A stretch of 63,077 nucleotides of DNA from a virus (Duplodnaviria; Caudoviricetes). The stretch lies in the IMG/VR virus record IMGVR_UViG_3300044627_000701, positions 1 to 63,077 of that record; one strand, given 5' to 3'. Below, one piece after another: positions 17,576 through 26,785 of the stretch. A program made the translations under genes and the position numbers. Each line of letters begins with the position of its first letter. Position 1 is the stretch's first letter. The notes under the pieces are model-generated. The model made no database searches, was not told the DNA's origin, and saw only the letters and a list, made by a program, of their open reading frames with translations.

Positions 17576-18505
17576 TTAGTTCTCCGTCTTCATAAGTTCA
17601 CGAGCGTACTGCTCGGGAGTAAGACCCAACCTCTTGGCGATGGCCAGCTGGGACTGTTTCAGCACAATCTTTTTGGGGGACCGGCTGCGTGAAGCAGGAG
17701 CTACGACATTCGCGCTCTTGTTTTCGCGCGAAGAGGTTTTCGGAGCCTCTTCATCCCCGAAGTAATCGGGGAATCGACGGCGCATCGTTTTGTCGACGGC
17801 TGTCCAATATTCGTCGGAACCCACATACTGCGGGCCACGTTCATTAACGAGCTTCTGGTGAAGCCCGAGAGCCGATGCAGTCATCTCCGGATCGGTCCCG
17901 TACCACGTATTACGCTCTTGCCACGTAACCGTTTTCTGGTCGAGCCGGGGCTGTTGCACCTGCTGCGGTACAATGTCTACCTCAGTTTCCGGCTGCTGTA
18001 AAGTAGGTCGATACTGTTCGACCTGCTGAAGCCGCAAAGTAGCCCGCGAGAGCTTTTCTTGAGCGTCGACAACCTTGTCAGCGTCACCAGACTCGTACGC
18101 ATCGCGGTAAGCCCGACGGGCGGCGTCGATTTCATACTCGGCGGTCTGCTTATAGCTGCCGACAAGCGACTGTTCGCCTTCCGACAACGTCCTTTTCAGG
18201 CGACGGTTCTCTTCCAACAGGCGATGGGCGGCGTTAACGGCCTCCTGCTGCTCGCGCTGGACGCGCTCCTTCTCCCGGCGCTCGTCGTGCCAGACCTTTT
18301 TCATCTGCTTGAGGCGGGTTTTGACCTTGTCGGAGTATTCTTCGAGCTCGTCGTTCTCCAGCTCCTCGACAATCTCCTTTGGCATGGGCTCACGGCCCCT
18401 GTCAGCCTCCGGAGTATCGTCTACGACCTCCAACTGGGTATTTTCGGCGTCTTCAGCTTCGACTTCCCACTGGAAGTCGTCATCAGCGGGCTTGGTAGCC
18501 ATCAC
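17576..18505 (-). CDS. Putative scaffolding protein
   Basis: Acidic coiled-coil protein with a C-terminal IAKRLGLTPEQYA motif; head-module position. Confidence 0.7.
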   Translation of the reverse strand: MMATKPADDDFQWEVEAEDAENTQLEVVDDTPEADRGREPMPKEIVEELENDELEEYSDKVKTRLKQMKKVWHDERREKERVQREQQEAVNAAHRLLEENRRLKRTLSEGEQSLVGSYKQTAEYEIDAARRAYRDAYESGDADKVVDAQEKLSRATLRLQQVEQYRPTLQQPETEVDIVPQQVQQPRLDQKTVTWQERNTWYGTDPEMTASALGLHQKLVNERGPQYVGSDEYWTAVDKTMRRRFPDYFGDEEAPKTSSRENKSANVVAPASRSRSPKKIVLKQSQLAIAKRLGLTPEQYARELMKTEN

Positions 18506-18535
18506 TTCTCTCCTTTGTACGGGAAAACGCCCCCG

Positions 18536-18964
18536 TTAGGCGCGCGAGATGCCTCGCGGGTCGTCCACAACAGCTTCAACGCTGTCGTCATTGATGATGC
18601 GGAACTCTCGGTTGTGGATTTTCACCCGCGTACCCGAGTTCGGGCGCACCAAAACGAAGTCACCTTCCTTGCACCACGCCCCAGAAGGGAACCGCTTGGC
18701 GTCCTTGTAGGCGTCCGGGCCGATTTTCAGCACGAACAGCACGGTGGTCAGAAGTTCTTCGTAGTGGCGGGTGACATCTGCCTTGATGATACCCCCAGAG
18801 GTCTTCTCTTCGATGTCCGGAACAGCACACAGGATGCGATATCCCATCGGTTCTGGCAGCTGCTTGGGTTTGTCTTCGGCTGGCTGGTTGGCCGCCTCGA
18901 CATTGGTCATCTTTCGCAGGGTAGGTAGGTCGTCGAACAGAGTTTTGTCCTCTGTATCAGTCAT
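18536..18964 (-). CDS. groES: GroES/Cpn10-like co-chaperonin
   Basis: PMGYRIL, EEKTSGGII (mobile loop), VLKIGP, KEGDFV and RIINDDSVEAVV motifs. Confidence 0.85.
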   Translation of the reverse strand: MTDTEDKTLFDDLPTLRKMTNVEAANQPAEDKPKQLPEPMGYRILCAVPDIEEKTSGGIIKADVTRHYEELLTTVLFVLKIGPDAYKDAKRFPSGAWCKEGDFVLVRPNSGTRVKIHNREFRIINDDSVEAVVDDPRGISRA

Positions 18965-19151
18965 CGTCAGTCTCCATTTTGTGGGCAGTTTCAGCGATGA
19001 AGCTGTTAGCCATCATCAACCCACGGATTACGCCAGCGGCGTATTTGTATTCCCCGTGGTCTTTGGCGTGCCCACGCGCCAAATCGTCAGAGAGGATTTT
19101 GATCTCCTCGTTGTTCTTGTTCGCCAGATGGCGGAAGATGTCGCTCGTCAT
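18957..19151 (-). CDS. Small hypothetical protein
   Basis: 64 aa overlapping the portal stop; EYKY..G.IRGL motif. Confidence 0.65.
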   Translation of the reverse strand: MTSDIFRHLANKNNEEIKILSDDLARGHAKDHGEYKYAAGVIRGLMMANSFIAETAHKMETDDD

Positions 19152-21619
19152 TCAGCCTCCTCGCCGGGTTTGGCCGGCGTTTGCTCACTCATCATACTCT
19201 CGCGGGCGACTTGGACGCCCACACGCAGCCCTTCCAGCTGCTCGTCCGATGCCAACCGTGCTTTGTCTGTAGCGACCTTGGCACCGACGTTGAGACCAGC
19301 AATCTCCTTCTGTGCTGCAATGCGCTCGCGCTCGATGTCGAGCTTGTCTGCCTTCTCGGCGGCAGTGACAGCAAACTGCTGTTCTTTGAGCTTAAGCTCG
19401 CCCTGCTTAATCTGAAGCTCCTGCATCTGCATCTGGACGATGGGGTCCTGTGCCTGCTGCTGGGCCTGCTGTTGTGCAGCTTCCCCTTGGTTCTTCCGGA
19501 GCAGCTGTTGTGCAGCGGCGGCGGCCAGACGAGACACCTCCAGCTCGGTCTTCTCGTCCATCTCAGCATTGGGCGGCGGCAGCGGTACACCAGCCTGCAA
19601 CTCGACCTGACGACGATACTCAAACGCCAGATGCTCCTGCATGTGAGCCGTCATAGCCCCCATGATGGTCTGTGCGTTGGGGCTCTGCCCCACCATCTGC
19701 TGGATTTTCGGGTCTTGGATAGCCGCCATGTGGACGGCGAGGTGCGCTTCGTGGTCTTGGTACATAAACGCCTTCACCGGCTTCATGTTCAAGATGTCCA
19801 TGTTCTCGGACACTGGGTCACGCGGCTTCATCTCGTCGCTGTCTTGCAGTGGGACCAGCTTCTGAGCGTTCTTGATACCCAGCACTTCGAGCATCTGCCG
19901 GTGCAGATAGGGCATGTCGTAGATGCCCGGAGCCGACTGCGCCAACTGGATAACCGCCTGATACTGGACGATTTTCTGTGCCATGGTGGCGGCGTTGGGG
20001 TCCGACACAGGGATGACATACACCTTGTCATAGTCGGCCTGCTTGGCGCGCTTGGGGCCAACCTCTGGCTTATAGTTGTAGTCGTCCGAGGTGTAGTCAC
20101 GGATGATGGCCTTGAGGAGCTTGAACTCCTGCTTCATCGCGTAGTGGATGCGCGCCTGCACCGCCGACATGGTCTTCAAGGTGCGCTCAAGGATAGCCAG
20201 CGTCGTGCCGACCGGAGCCTGACCAGACATGTCGCTGATCTTCATATCAGCAGCGCCAGCGAAGCGGCGACCTTCTTCTACGATGGTACCCAGAAGGCTG
20301 TAGAGGACTTGGCTTGGCTCCTTGTACGGCAGCGGCATAATATTGTCGCGCATCGTACCACTGGCGACGTCGACGTCGCGCCATTCAGCCGGAGCGATGG
20401 GGGTGTCATCACCCTTAACCCGCAGACCTTTGGTCTTGAAGCCACCGGGCAGGTTGCTCAGCGTGCCTGCATCAACCAGCTGACGGATAAGACTCGTACC
20501 CGACTTGGCGAAGGCACCCACGAGGTGGATGAGACCGAAGGCATAGAAGCCAAACCCCGGCACGTATGAGTAGTGTACGAAGTGGTTGCGCTTCTGCTTC
20601 ATCTCGTCGTCTGGGTTCCAGTTGCGACGGATAGCAAGAATGGTCTGTGTGGCCTTCTCGATGGTGACCACGTAGGGGACAGCGATCTGGGCTTCGGACT
20701 CGTCCTCGGCATACTCGTCGTCCGGAAGCACAAGGTCGACGTGCATCTCCAGCAGTTTGTAGCGGTCGTCACTAGACGCGCGGAAGCCCATTTTCTCCGC
20801 GATGGCCTTCTCGACCTCATCGAAGCTGTCGACAGGGTCATCCATCTCGACTTCGCGGTAGAAGCCTTTTACCTGCAACTTCTTGAGTTCATTAGGCGTT
20901 TTACGCATCACGTGAGTGACGCGCTCTGCCGTCTCAAGGTTGGACGCGCCGTAAGGCACCACCACATCTTCGGCGGGGATATACATAGCCGTCTGGCGGC
21001 CAAGGCTCGGGTCGAAATAGACCTTCTTGAAGGCGTTGCCCGACAGGCCCAGACCCCACAGCATCCGCTCGTGCTCGGGCCGATACTCCGTCATGACGTC
21101 GGTGAGCTCGTAGTTCATATCCGCCTGCACACGCTGGGCGGCGTCACGCGTCTCGGGGGTCTCTTCACCGATGATCTGCGTCCGCACCGGGCCTTGGGCC
21201 GGGAACGTCTCCATCATGGTCTCGGCTTGGAACTTGACCAGAGCTTCAGACAGGAGCGGGTGGTACACACCGCAGGCACCGGGCCACGGCTCGGTGCGGT
21301 CCTCGACCTTCATACCCAACAGCTCAAGACCGTCTACATACGTCTGTATCCAGTCCTTGCGGCTGCTGATGTCCTCGTCAAACTCACCCAGCAGGTCACC
21401 TGCCAGCTCAGTCAGCTGACCCTCGTCCATGTCCTCGGCAAGGTTGTCGTCAAACCCCGGAGGCGCGTCGTCCTCTTCTCCCTCGTCGTCCTCGTCGAGC
21501 TCGATTTCAATCTCGATCTCAGGATCGTTCGGCTCCGCGTACTGCTCGTCGATGTCCAGCGTCGGCTGCATAGCAGTCAAGCCAGTAGGGGCGGGGTTAA
21601 GGGACTTGTCGATTGCCAT
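19148..21619 (-). CDS. Portal protein (P22-like, long Q-rich C-terminus)
   Basis: 823 aa downstream of the terminase; FKKVY motif and Q-rich helical tail. Confidence 0.8.
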   Translation of the reverse strand: MAIDKSLNPAPTGLTAMQPTLDIDEQYAEPNDPEIEIEIELDEDDEGEEDDAPPGFDDNLAEDMDEGQLTELAGDLLGEFDEDISSRKDWIQTYVDGLELLGMKVEDRTEPWPGACGVYHPLLSEALVKFQAETMMETFPAQGPVRTQIIGEETPETRDAAQRVQADMNYELTDVMTEYRPEHERMLWGLGLSGNAFKKVYFDPSLGRQTAMYIPAEDVVVPYGASNLETAERVTHVMRKTPNELKKLQVKGFYREVEMDDPVDSFDEVEKAIAEKMGFRASSDDRYKLLEMHVDLVLPDDEYAEDESEAQIAVPYVVTIEKATQTILAIRRNWNPDDEMKQKRNHFVHYSYVPGFGFYAFGLIHLVGAFAKSGTSLIRQLVDAGTLSNLPGGFKTKGLRVKGDDTPIAPAEWRDVDVASGTMRDNIMPLPYKEPSQVLYSLLGTIVEEGRRFAGAADMKISDMSGQAPVGTTLAILERTLKTMSAVQARIHYAMKQEFKLLKAIIRDYTSDDYNYKPEVGPKRAKQADYDKVYVIPVSDPNAATMAQKIVQYQAVIQLAQSAPGIYDMPYLHRQMLEVLGIKNAQKLVPLQDSDEMKPRDPVSENMDILNMKPVKAFMYQDHEAHLAVHMAAIQDPKIQQMVGQSPNAQTIMGAMTAHMQEHLAFEYRRQVELQAGVPLPPPNAEMDEKTELEVSRLAAAAAQQLLRKNQGEAAQQQAQQQAQDPIVQMQMQELQIKQGELKLKEQQFAVTAAEKADKLDIERERIAAQKEIAGLNVGAKVATDKARLASDEQLEGLRVGVQVARESMMSEQTPAKPGEEAE

Positions 21620-21621
21620 GG

Positions 21622-21894
21622 TTATGCCTTTTTACGGGTAGCACGCGCTACGGTAGCGGCTACGCCAATGACGGGTGCGACCCCCGTCGCTACGCTTGCC
21701 ACGGTAGTGGTAATTTCAGCCACGTCCTTGAGGACGCCCAGCAGACCTCCGCTCTTGATGGAGTTAGCCGCCGCAACGGCGTCAGCAAACGGCACACCTG
21801 CTTCACGGGCCTCGTTGAAGGCAATTTTCTGCTTGTCTTTCCACTTCGACCACTGGGTCTTGCCAATGGGAAACAGCGCCTTGACCTCGGTCAT
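21622..21894 (-). CDS. Hypothetical protein
   Basis: 90-aa ORF between TerL and portal, coupled to the TerL stop. Confidence 0.6.
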   Translation of the reverse strand: MTEVKALFPIGKTQWSKWKDKQKIAFNEAREAGVPFADAVAAANSIKSGGLLGVLKDVAEITTTVASVATGVAPVIGVAATVARATRKKA

Positions 21895-23417
21895 CAGTAA
21901 TACCCCTGTCTGCGTGAGCTTTTAAAATACAGCGGTTCGTCGTCTGCGTCTAGCGTAGTAGATATATAGCCCCCGCGCCGGAACCTGTGCATCGCCATGG
22001 AGACGGTGTCGACAAAGTCATCGTGGCTGCCGGCAGGAAACTCAGCCACCTCGTCAATAACCTCCTCCGCCCAGCGTGTTGCCGGAGCCCAGACGCGCCC
22101 AGAGGCAAATATGTCCGCCACAGCGTTCAGACGGCTGATCTTGTCGTTCCCACGGGTGGGGGTGAACTCCTGCACGGGTATCCCCATGGAGCGAAGCTCA
22201 TAGATAAGCGGAGCGCCCGACGCCTTCTTTTCGACGATGACGCTGTCCGGGTCCCACTCTTTATACTCGTCGATGGCCCACTGCTTGAGCGTGGGGAACT
22301 CCACGCGGTCCCTCGCCGCGTTCAACATGATAATGTTGGCCTGCTCTATGCCGTTGTCGTCCGGGTGGTAGAATACACCCCACGTGGTCTGCGCCGAGTA
22401 GTCCGCTCGCTGCGTCTTCTCAAAGGCCGTGTCCCAGCATTGCAGGATAAAGTCGCACTGGGGCGGGGTCTCACGCTCCCACGTCTGCCACCACTCGCGC
22501 TTGACGATAGCAGCGCTCTCCGAGATGGGGTTCTGCTGGTACTGCGCCATCCACTTGCTGTTAGGGACGTCGCGCTTGACCTTCAGGAGTTCATCAACCG
22601 ACCAAAACTCGGGCCACAGCGGGTTGTTGCTAGGCAAAATTGCTGGAAATTCAACGACTTCCCACTCACCAACAGACTCGTTCTGGGTTGCGTCTTTCAA
22701 TATCTGCCCGGTCAGGTCGCGCTTCGACCACCGGGTCATGACGATGACGATAGCACCGCCCGGTTGCAGACGCTGACGGGGACCGGAAGTATACCACTCG
22801 TAGGTCTTGTCGTAAATATCCGGGTTCACTTCCGCCAACGCAGCTTCCTGTTCTGAGTGCGGGTCGTCGATGATGAGCAGGTCGGCACCCTTACCGGTCA
22901 CCGCGCCGCCGATACCAATGGCGAAGTAGTCACCCATCTTGCTGGTGTTCCACCGACCTGCGGCCTTTGAGTCCGCCGAGAGGACAAGGTCAGGAAAAAT
23001 CTCGTGGTACGTCTCGGTGTCGACGAGGTTGCGCACCTTACGACCAAAGCCCACCGCCAGCTCAGCTGTGTGCGAGCACTGGATGACCTTCTTATGGGGG
23101 AACTTACCAAGGAACCATGCGGGCAGGAGGTAGGACGCAAACTCGGACTTGGTATGCCGGGGTGGCATATTAATAATGAGCCGCTTCAGCTCCCCGCGCG
23201 CCACGCGCTCGAACGCATCTGCCATCTTGGCGTGGTGACGACCCGCAATAAACGTCGGCCAGACCTCGTTGACGAACGACAGGAACTTTTCTCGGCATAG
23301 CTTGCGCTTCTTCAGGTCGGACAGCTTCTCAAGCTCAGCCAGCAACCGCTCCTGCTCGTGCAACGGCAGCAGGGGGAGAATCTTTGGTAGATCAGCCAAG
23401 CTGATGCTGGACGTCAT
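21894..23417 (-). CDS. terL: Terminase large subunit
   Basis: Walker A-like MPPRHTKS, Walker B LIIDD and nuclease WDTA...HDDFVD motifs. Confidence 0.92.
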   Translation of the reverse strand: MTSSISLADLPKILPLLPLHEQERLLAELEKLSDLKKRKLCREKFLSFVNEVWPTFIAGRHHAKMADAFERVARGELKRLIINMPPRHTKSEFASYLLPAWFLGKFPHKKVIQCSHTAELAVGFGRKVRNLVDTETYHEIFPDLVLSADSKAAGRWNTSKMGDYFAIGIGGAVTGKGADLLIIDDPHSEQEAALAEVNPDIYDKTYEWYTSGPRQRLQPGGAIVIVMTRWSKRDLTGQILKDATQNESVGEWEVVEFPAILPSNNPLWPEFWSVDELLKVKRDVPNSKWMAQYQQNPISESAAIVKREWWQTWERETPPQCDFILQCWDTAFEKTQRADYSAQTTWGVFYHPDDNGIEQANIIMLNAARDRVEFPTLKQWAIDEYKEWDPDSVIVEKKASGAPLIYELRSMGIPVQEFTPTRGNDKISRLNAVADIFASGRVWAPATRWAEEVIDEVAEFPAGSHDDFVDTVSMAMHRFRRGGYISTTLDADDEPLYFKSSRRQGYY

Positions 23418-24016
23418 TCAGCGTCCTCTTCAGGGGTCTCGTCTTCGTCTTGGGGGCCCTCGTAGAAGCCAAACTCGTCGTCCAGAGTTGCTCCCACAGG
23501 GGTAACGTCTATGACCTCGGCGTCCAGCAGGCGCTTGACCCGCTCCTTGATGGCGGTTTCGAGCGCCTCGGGGCTGTTATAGTTGATGTTGATCTCGCTT
23601 CGCTGGGTGAACAGACTCACGTCGCTGTGCTTGCCAAGCAGCTCAATGGCCTTAAGCTCGAACTTGGTCTCGCCACAGTTGGCTATTTCTAACAGCTTAT
23701 TAGTAAGCGCCGAGCGGACTTGTCCGACGTCGAGAGCCAAGTTCTGGCCGTACTGCTGAAGAAACGCCTTAGCACCCAATGCTGTTGCATAACTTGTTAG
23801 AGGAGCCACATGCTGGCCCTTCACCGCCCCTTCAAGCAACGCCTTCTCCCGCTCGTACGTCGCCGGGTCCACTTCCAGTGGGACACCCATCTCTTCCAAG
23901 AAGTCAGCCGTATTGGACGCCGCCATCAGCTCATCCATGAAGCTGGGGTTCTCAACATCTTCGGGGCTGTAGGGTAGCGGGACAGAGTCCGTCGGGTTCA
24001 GCTTAACTTTGGACAT
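23414..24016 (-). CDS. Putative terminase small subunit
   Basis: 200 aa directly upstream of TerL; LKAIELLGKH motif. Confidence 0.7.
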   Translation of the reverse strand: MSKVKLNPTDSVPLPYSPEDVENPSFMDELMAASNTADFLEEMGVPLEVDPATYEREKALLEGAVKGQHVAPLTSYATALGAKAFLQQYGQNLALDVGQVRSALTNKLLEIANCGETKFELKAIELLGKHSDVSLFTQRSEININYNSPEALETAIKERVKRLLDAEVIDVTPVGATLDDEFGFYEGPQDEDETPEEDAE

Positions 24017-24137
24017 AGGCGCAGCGTCCGGTTTGAGGGAAGCAGACCTTATCTATAGGGGCGTAGGGGATACATGTAAAGTGTGGTCCGGCCCTCCAGC
24101 AACGGGCGAAGCTGCTGATTATCCGGGTTACCCCGCT

Positions 24138-24396
24138 AGGGGGAGGAGGCGGGCAGATAGCAGGAGGTGTGGGTCCCATCAAGGGGGGTCTTCCTAATAG
24201 AAGGGGGGTGGGGGTAAGTGTTTGAAAAATATATAGGGGGTGGGGGGTCTTGATTTGGTTTTGTAAGGGGGGTGTTTCTGGGGGAACGTGATTGGTTGTG
24301 CAAAATAGTATGTATATATAAGCGCTAGGATTTGCTGTGGTTAGGGGGGTGGCCCCCCGGTAGGGGCAACGCAACGCCTTTTCGCACCCCCCGCCC
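24138..24396. other. Non-coding G-tract-rich segment at the strand switch
   Basis: About 10 runs of G4-G6 on the plus strand, interspersed with AT-rich stretches. Confidence 0.7.
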
Positions 24397-24446
24397 TTGT
24401 TGCGGATTTCCGCCCGCTATCCCTTTGATGTTACAGGGGAAATCAC

Positions 24447-24460
24447 TGTACACGTGTACA
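24447..24460. promoter_or_regulatory. Palindrome GTACACGTGTAC, copy 1
   Basis: TGTACACGTGTACA upstream of the first early gene. Confidence 0.7.
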
Positions 24461-24564
24461 CTGATTGCCTTGCCCCTACCTTGACAGTCTCAAGGTACTC
24501 AGGCAGAGGGAGAGGGCAGGGGGCATTCCGCCCGCCCGCAACTGCCATAGAAAGGCAACACACC

Positions 24565-25380
24565 ATGATTAACGTTACTGAGATCAAAACCGCTTCCCTC
24601 ACCTCTGAGGAGGCCGCCGCCTCGCTGGCGGTTGCGGCTCAAGCCGCCATTCAGGGCGATGACCAAACAAAGGCAGGCAAGGCGAAGGGTGCGGCGGCTG
24701 AGGCTGTCATGATTGCCGGCTTTAGTGATGACAGCGTTGCATCGCGGGAATGGTCCTTCGACGTCACCACCGGCAAGGGTGACGTTCACGAGCACGTGGT
24801 GACAATCGGTTATACCGAATTCGGTACCGAAACCGCCGCATGGGTGCTCAATGGCCAAGGTCAAGTTAGCCGGGTGGCGCAAGGGGCATACAAGCGTGGC
24901 ATGTTCCGCGCCATGTTCGCCCTGCCTGATGCTGTGCCGGCTGTGTGGACGATGACAGGCCGTGCCGTTGCACTGGCAAACGCTATTCGCAACGAAGGCA
25001 TGACAGCCCGCATTGAGGCGGGTGCGCTTAAGCTAGAGGGTGGCAACAGTGACAGGGCCAAGGCAATGCGGGAGGCGACCTCGCTTTCCGCCCTTCGCAC
25101 GGCGGCCAAGGGTGCTGCCGGTTCCAATCGTGACGCACCCCAGAACGACAAGAGCAAGGGGGAAGCTGGCCCCCGCGCCGCCACCCGCGAGGGAGTGTTG
25201 CGGGCGGCCTTCGCCGCATTGAGCGAGGTCGATGCGGGTGACGGTGCCGCGCTCAATGGTGCAGAGGTTGCCTTGCTCAAGGGGCTGGCCAAGGTGGCCG
25301 CCAGCATCGCCAAGGCAGAGGCTGAGGCCGAAAAGGCCGAAAAGGCTGAGGCCGCCCGCAAGGCAGCTCGCAACACCTAA
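24565..25380 (+). CDS. First early gene, Ala-rich hypothetical protein (271 aa)
   Basis: ATG at 24565 with RBS GAAAGG; has its own terminator. Confidence 0.7.
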   Translation: MINVTEIKTASLTSEEAAASLAVAAQAAIQGDDQTKAGKAKGAAAEAVMIAGFSDDSVASREWSFDVTTGKGDVHEHVVTIGYTEFGTETAAWVLNGQGQVSRVAQGAYKRGMFRAMFALPDAVPAVWTMTGRAVALANAIRNEGMTARIEAGALKLEGGNSDRAKAMREATSLSALRTAAKGAAGSNRDAPQNDKSKGEAGPRAATREGVLRAAFAALSEVDAGDGAALNGAEVALLKGLAKVAASIAKAEAEAEKAEKAEAARKAARNT

Positions 25381-25422
25381 CACCCTAGGGGGAGGCCGCA
25401 ACGCCTCCCCCGCTTCCCCCTC

Positions 25423-25456
25423 GCCCGCTAGGCCATGCGCCTAGCGGGCTTTTTTT
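25423..25456 (+). terminator. Rho-independent terminator (preceded by a second GC hairpin at 25388-25411)
   Basis: GCCCGCTAGGC-catgc-GCCTAGCGGGC followed by T7. Confidence 0.9.
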
Positions 25457-25653
25457 GTGCCTGCCATCAGCGCCACGGCGGCCAAAGATGATAGTGGGCT
25501 GAGCGGTAGGACTAGCCTGCATCTGGATGGCGCATTGCTAGTGTAAGAAAACCATAGGGCTGAACGGTGGTGTAAGAAAATGATAGTGGGCTGAGCGGTA
25601 GGACTGAATCTGTATTGTAAGAAAATGATAGTGGGCTGAGCAGTAGGACTTAG

Positions 25654-25667
25654 CGTACACGTGTACG
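25654..25667. promoter_or_regulatory. Palindrome GTACACGTGTAC, copy 2
   Basis: CGTACACGTGTACG. Confidence 0.7.
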
Positions 25668-26022
25668 ATAATCTAATGTAAGAAAAAACATACCGTAAGA
25701 AACGTATTGTGAGGTTCTTACGCCGAAAAAGTTATGCAACCACAACGGGTTAAGTGGTATCGTAAGATTGAGAGGCCAATTTTCTAGTTTTTAAAAGATA
25801 CCCGGATTCGCGGGCTTCTCCGCTGATACCACATCCTCTCAATAGGTTTTTTCCTATTTTTCCCCCCCTATATAATAAATCTTAAAATCTCCTCTCAATC
25901 TTACAATACAGAGCTAACACCTTGGTTTTATAAGCCGATTCGCGTAAGAAAGTGCGTAAGACGGCACTTTTGGGTTTCTCTCAATCTTACACTGCATTGT
26001 AAGATTATTTTCTTACAATAGC

Positions 26023-26051
26023 TTGACTTTGTTCCCCTTACGTGCTACACG
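26023..26051 (+). promoter_or_regulatory. Sigma70-type promoter
   Basis: TTGACT-17 bp-TACACG with an extended TG; overlapped by the inverted repeat CTTACGTG-cta-CACGTAAG. Confidence 0.65.
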
Positions 26052-26100
26052 TAAGAGGTCAGGGCAACTCCGCCCTGCGCGACGAGCAACGTCGAAAATC

Positions 26101-26118
26101 ACCGTACACGTGTACGGT
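26101..26118. promoter_or_regulatory. Palindrome GTACACGTGTAC, copy 3 (18 bp)
   Basis: ACCGTACACGTGTACGGT between the promoter and the RBS. Confidence 0.75.
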
Positions 26119-26140
26119 ATGGTAGAAAGGAAATCTTACA

Positions 26141-26389
26141 ATGACCAACTGGAAGTCCTTACAGGACAGCAACCCTGAGCCTAGCTTGCTAGACGCTATC
26201 GCCCATGCGGAGAAGAAACAATTAGAGGACAGGCGCAGCCTGCATAACTTCATCAATGCGTGGGCCAAGGCAAACGGGGTGCCTGTGGTGGACGTGCCTA
26301 TGTCCGACCTGCCTATGCTGTTCGAGATGCCTAGCCTGAAGGACGCCGCGACATACATCGCCACTTTCGGACAGGGAGAGGACAAGTGA
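26141..26389 (+). CDS. Early hypothetical protein
   Basis: 82 aa; RBS GAAAGGA. Confidence 0.7.
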   Translation: MTNWKSLQDSNPEPSLLDAIAHAEKKQLEDRRSLHNFINAWAKANGVPVVDVPMSDLPMLFEMPSLKDAATYIATFGQGEDK

Positions 26390-26529
26390 GCCGGAAATAC
26401 TGGGTCAACTGCCGTGGCGAGATGTTCTACCCCATCTATGCGCCCAACAAGCGCGAGGCGCTGCGGTTCTTCAAGAAACACTTTGGCTGGGACCGCCTGC
26501 CTGTCGGCACCGAGTGCGGTCTGGTCTGA
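26386..26529 (+). CDS. Early hypothetical protein (47 aa; absent from the ORF track)
   Basis: GTGA overlap with the previous stop; RBS GGAGAGG; MSRKYWVNCRG... Confidence 0.55.
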   Translation: MSRKYWVNCRGEMFYPIYAPNKREALRFFKKHFGWDRLPVGTECGLV

Positions 26530-26566
26530 CGTGGCTATGCGCCATCCAGATGCAGCCTACGTTTAC

Positions 26567-26580
26567 CGTACACGTGTACG
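26567..26580. promoter_or_regulatory. Palindrome GTACACGTGTAC, copy 4
   Basis: CGTACACGTGTACG upstream of ORF 26603. Confidence 0.7.
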
Positions 26581-26602
26581 CTAACTGAGAAGGGACAAGA
26601 CA

Positions 26603-26785
26603 ATGGGTAAAGTCATCAAGCCTGTGAACCTGACGCAACGTGTGTGGGACCGCATGTCAAGGCGCGAGAAGGAGTTCATCGTCGAGCACGAGCGTATGCA
26701 CGAGAAGTTCCGCCAACGTGCGGGCTGCGGGCATATGAGCGCAGAAGAGCTGTTTCAAGCTATTATGGAGCAAACCAATGCCTGA
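26603..26785 (+). CDS. Early hypothetical protein
   Basis: 60 aa; RBS GAAGGGA. Confidence 0.6.
   Translation: MGKVIKPVNLTQRVWDRMSRREKEFIVEHERMHEKFRQRAGCGHMSAEELFQAIMEQTNA

Larger units (their letters stand above)
25487..26140. repeat. Non-coding iteron-like region; putative replication origin / control region
   Basis: 35-bp repeat TGTAAGAAAATGATAGTGGGCTGAGC(G/A)GTAGGACT at 25571 and 25616 (partial at 25487); 16 GTAAG/CTTAC boxes; AT-rich core. Confidence 0.65.

Noticed and set aside
19181-21925. Long plus-strand ORFs (462 and 450 aa) opposite the portal, and similar ones at 47521-49050, 15685-16452 and 4667-5518
   Set aside because: These are antisense shadow ORFs expected from GC-rich codon bias, with no recognisable motifs, and they overlap well-supported genes on the other strand.
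24003-24374. 123-aa Pro-rich ORF upstream of terS
   Set aside because: It is a translation of the G/C-tract non-coding region, with an alternative start codon and low complexity.
25487-25690. CRISPR or mini-CRISPR array
   Set aside because: The 35-bp repeats are separated by only about 10 bp or by irregular gaps containing the same GTAAG boxes. There is no constant spacer length and no cas operon.
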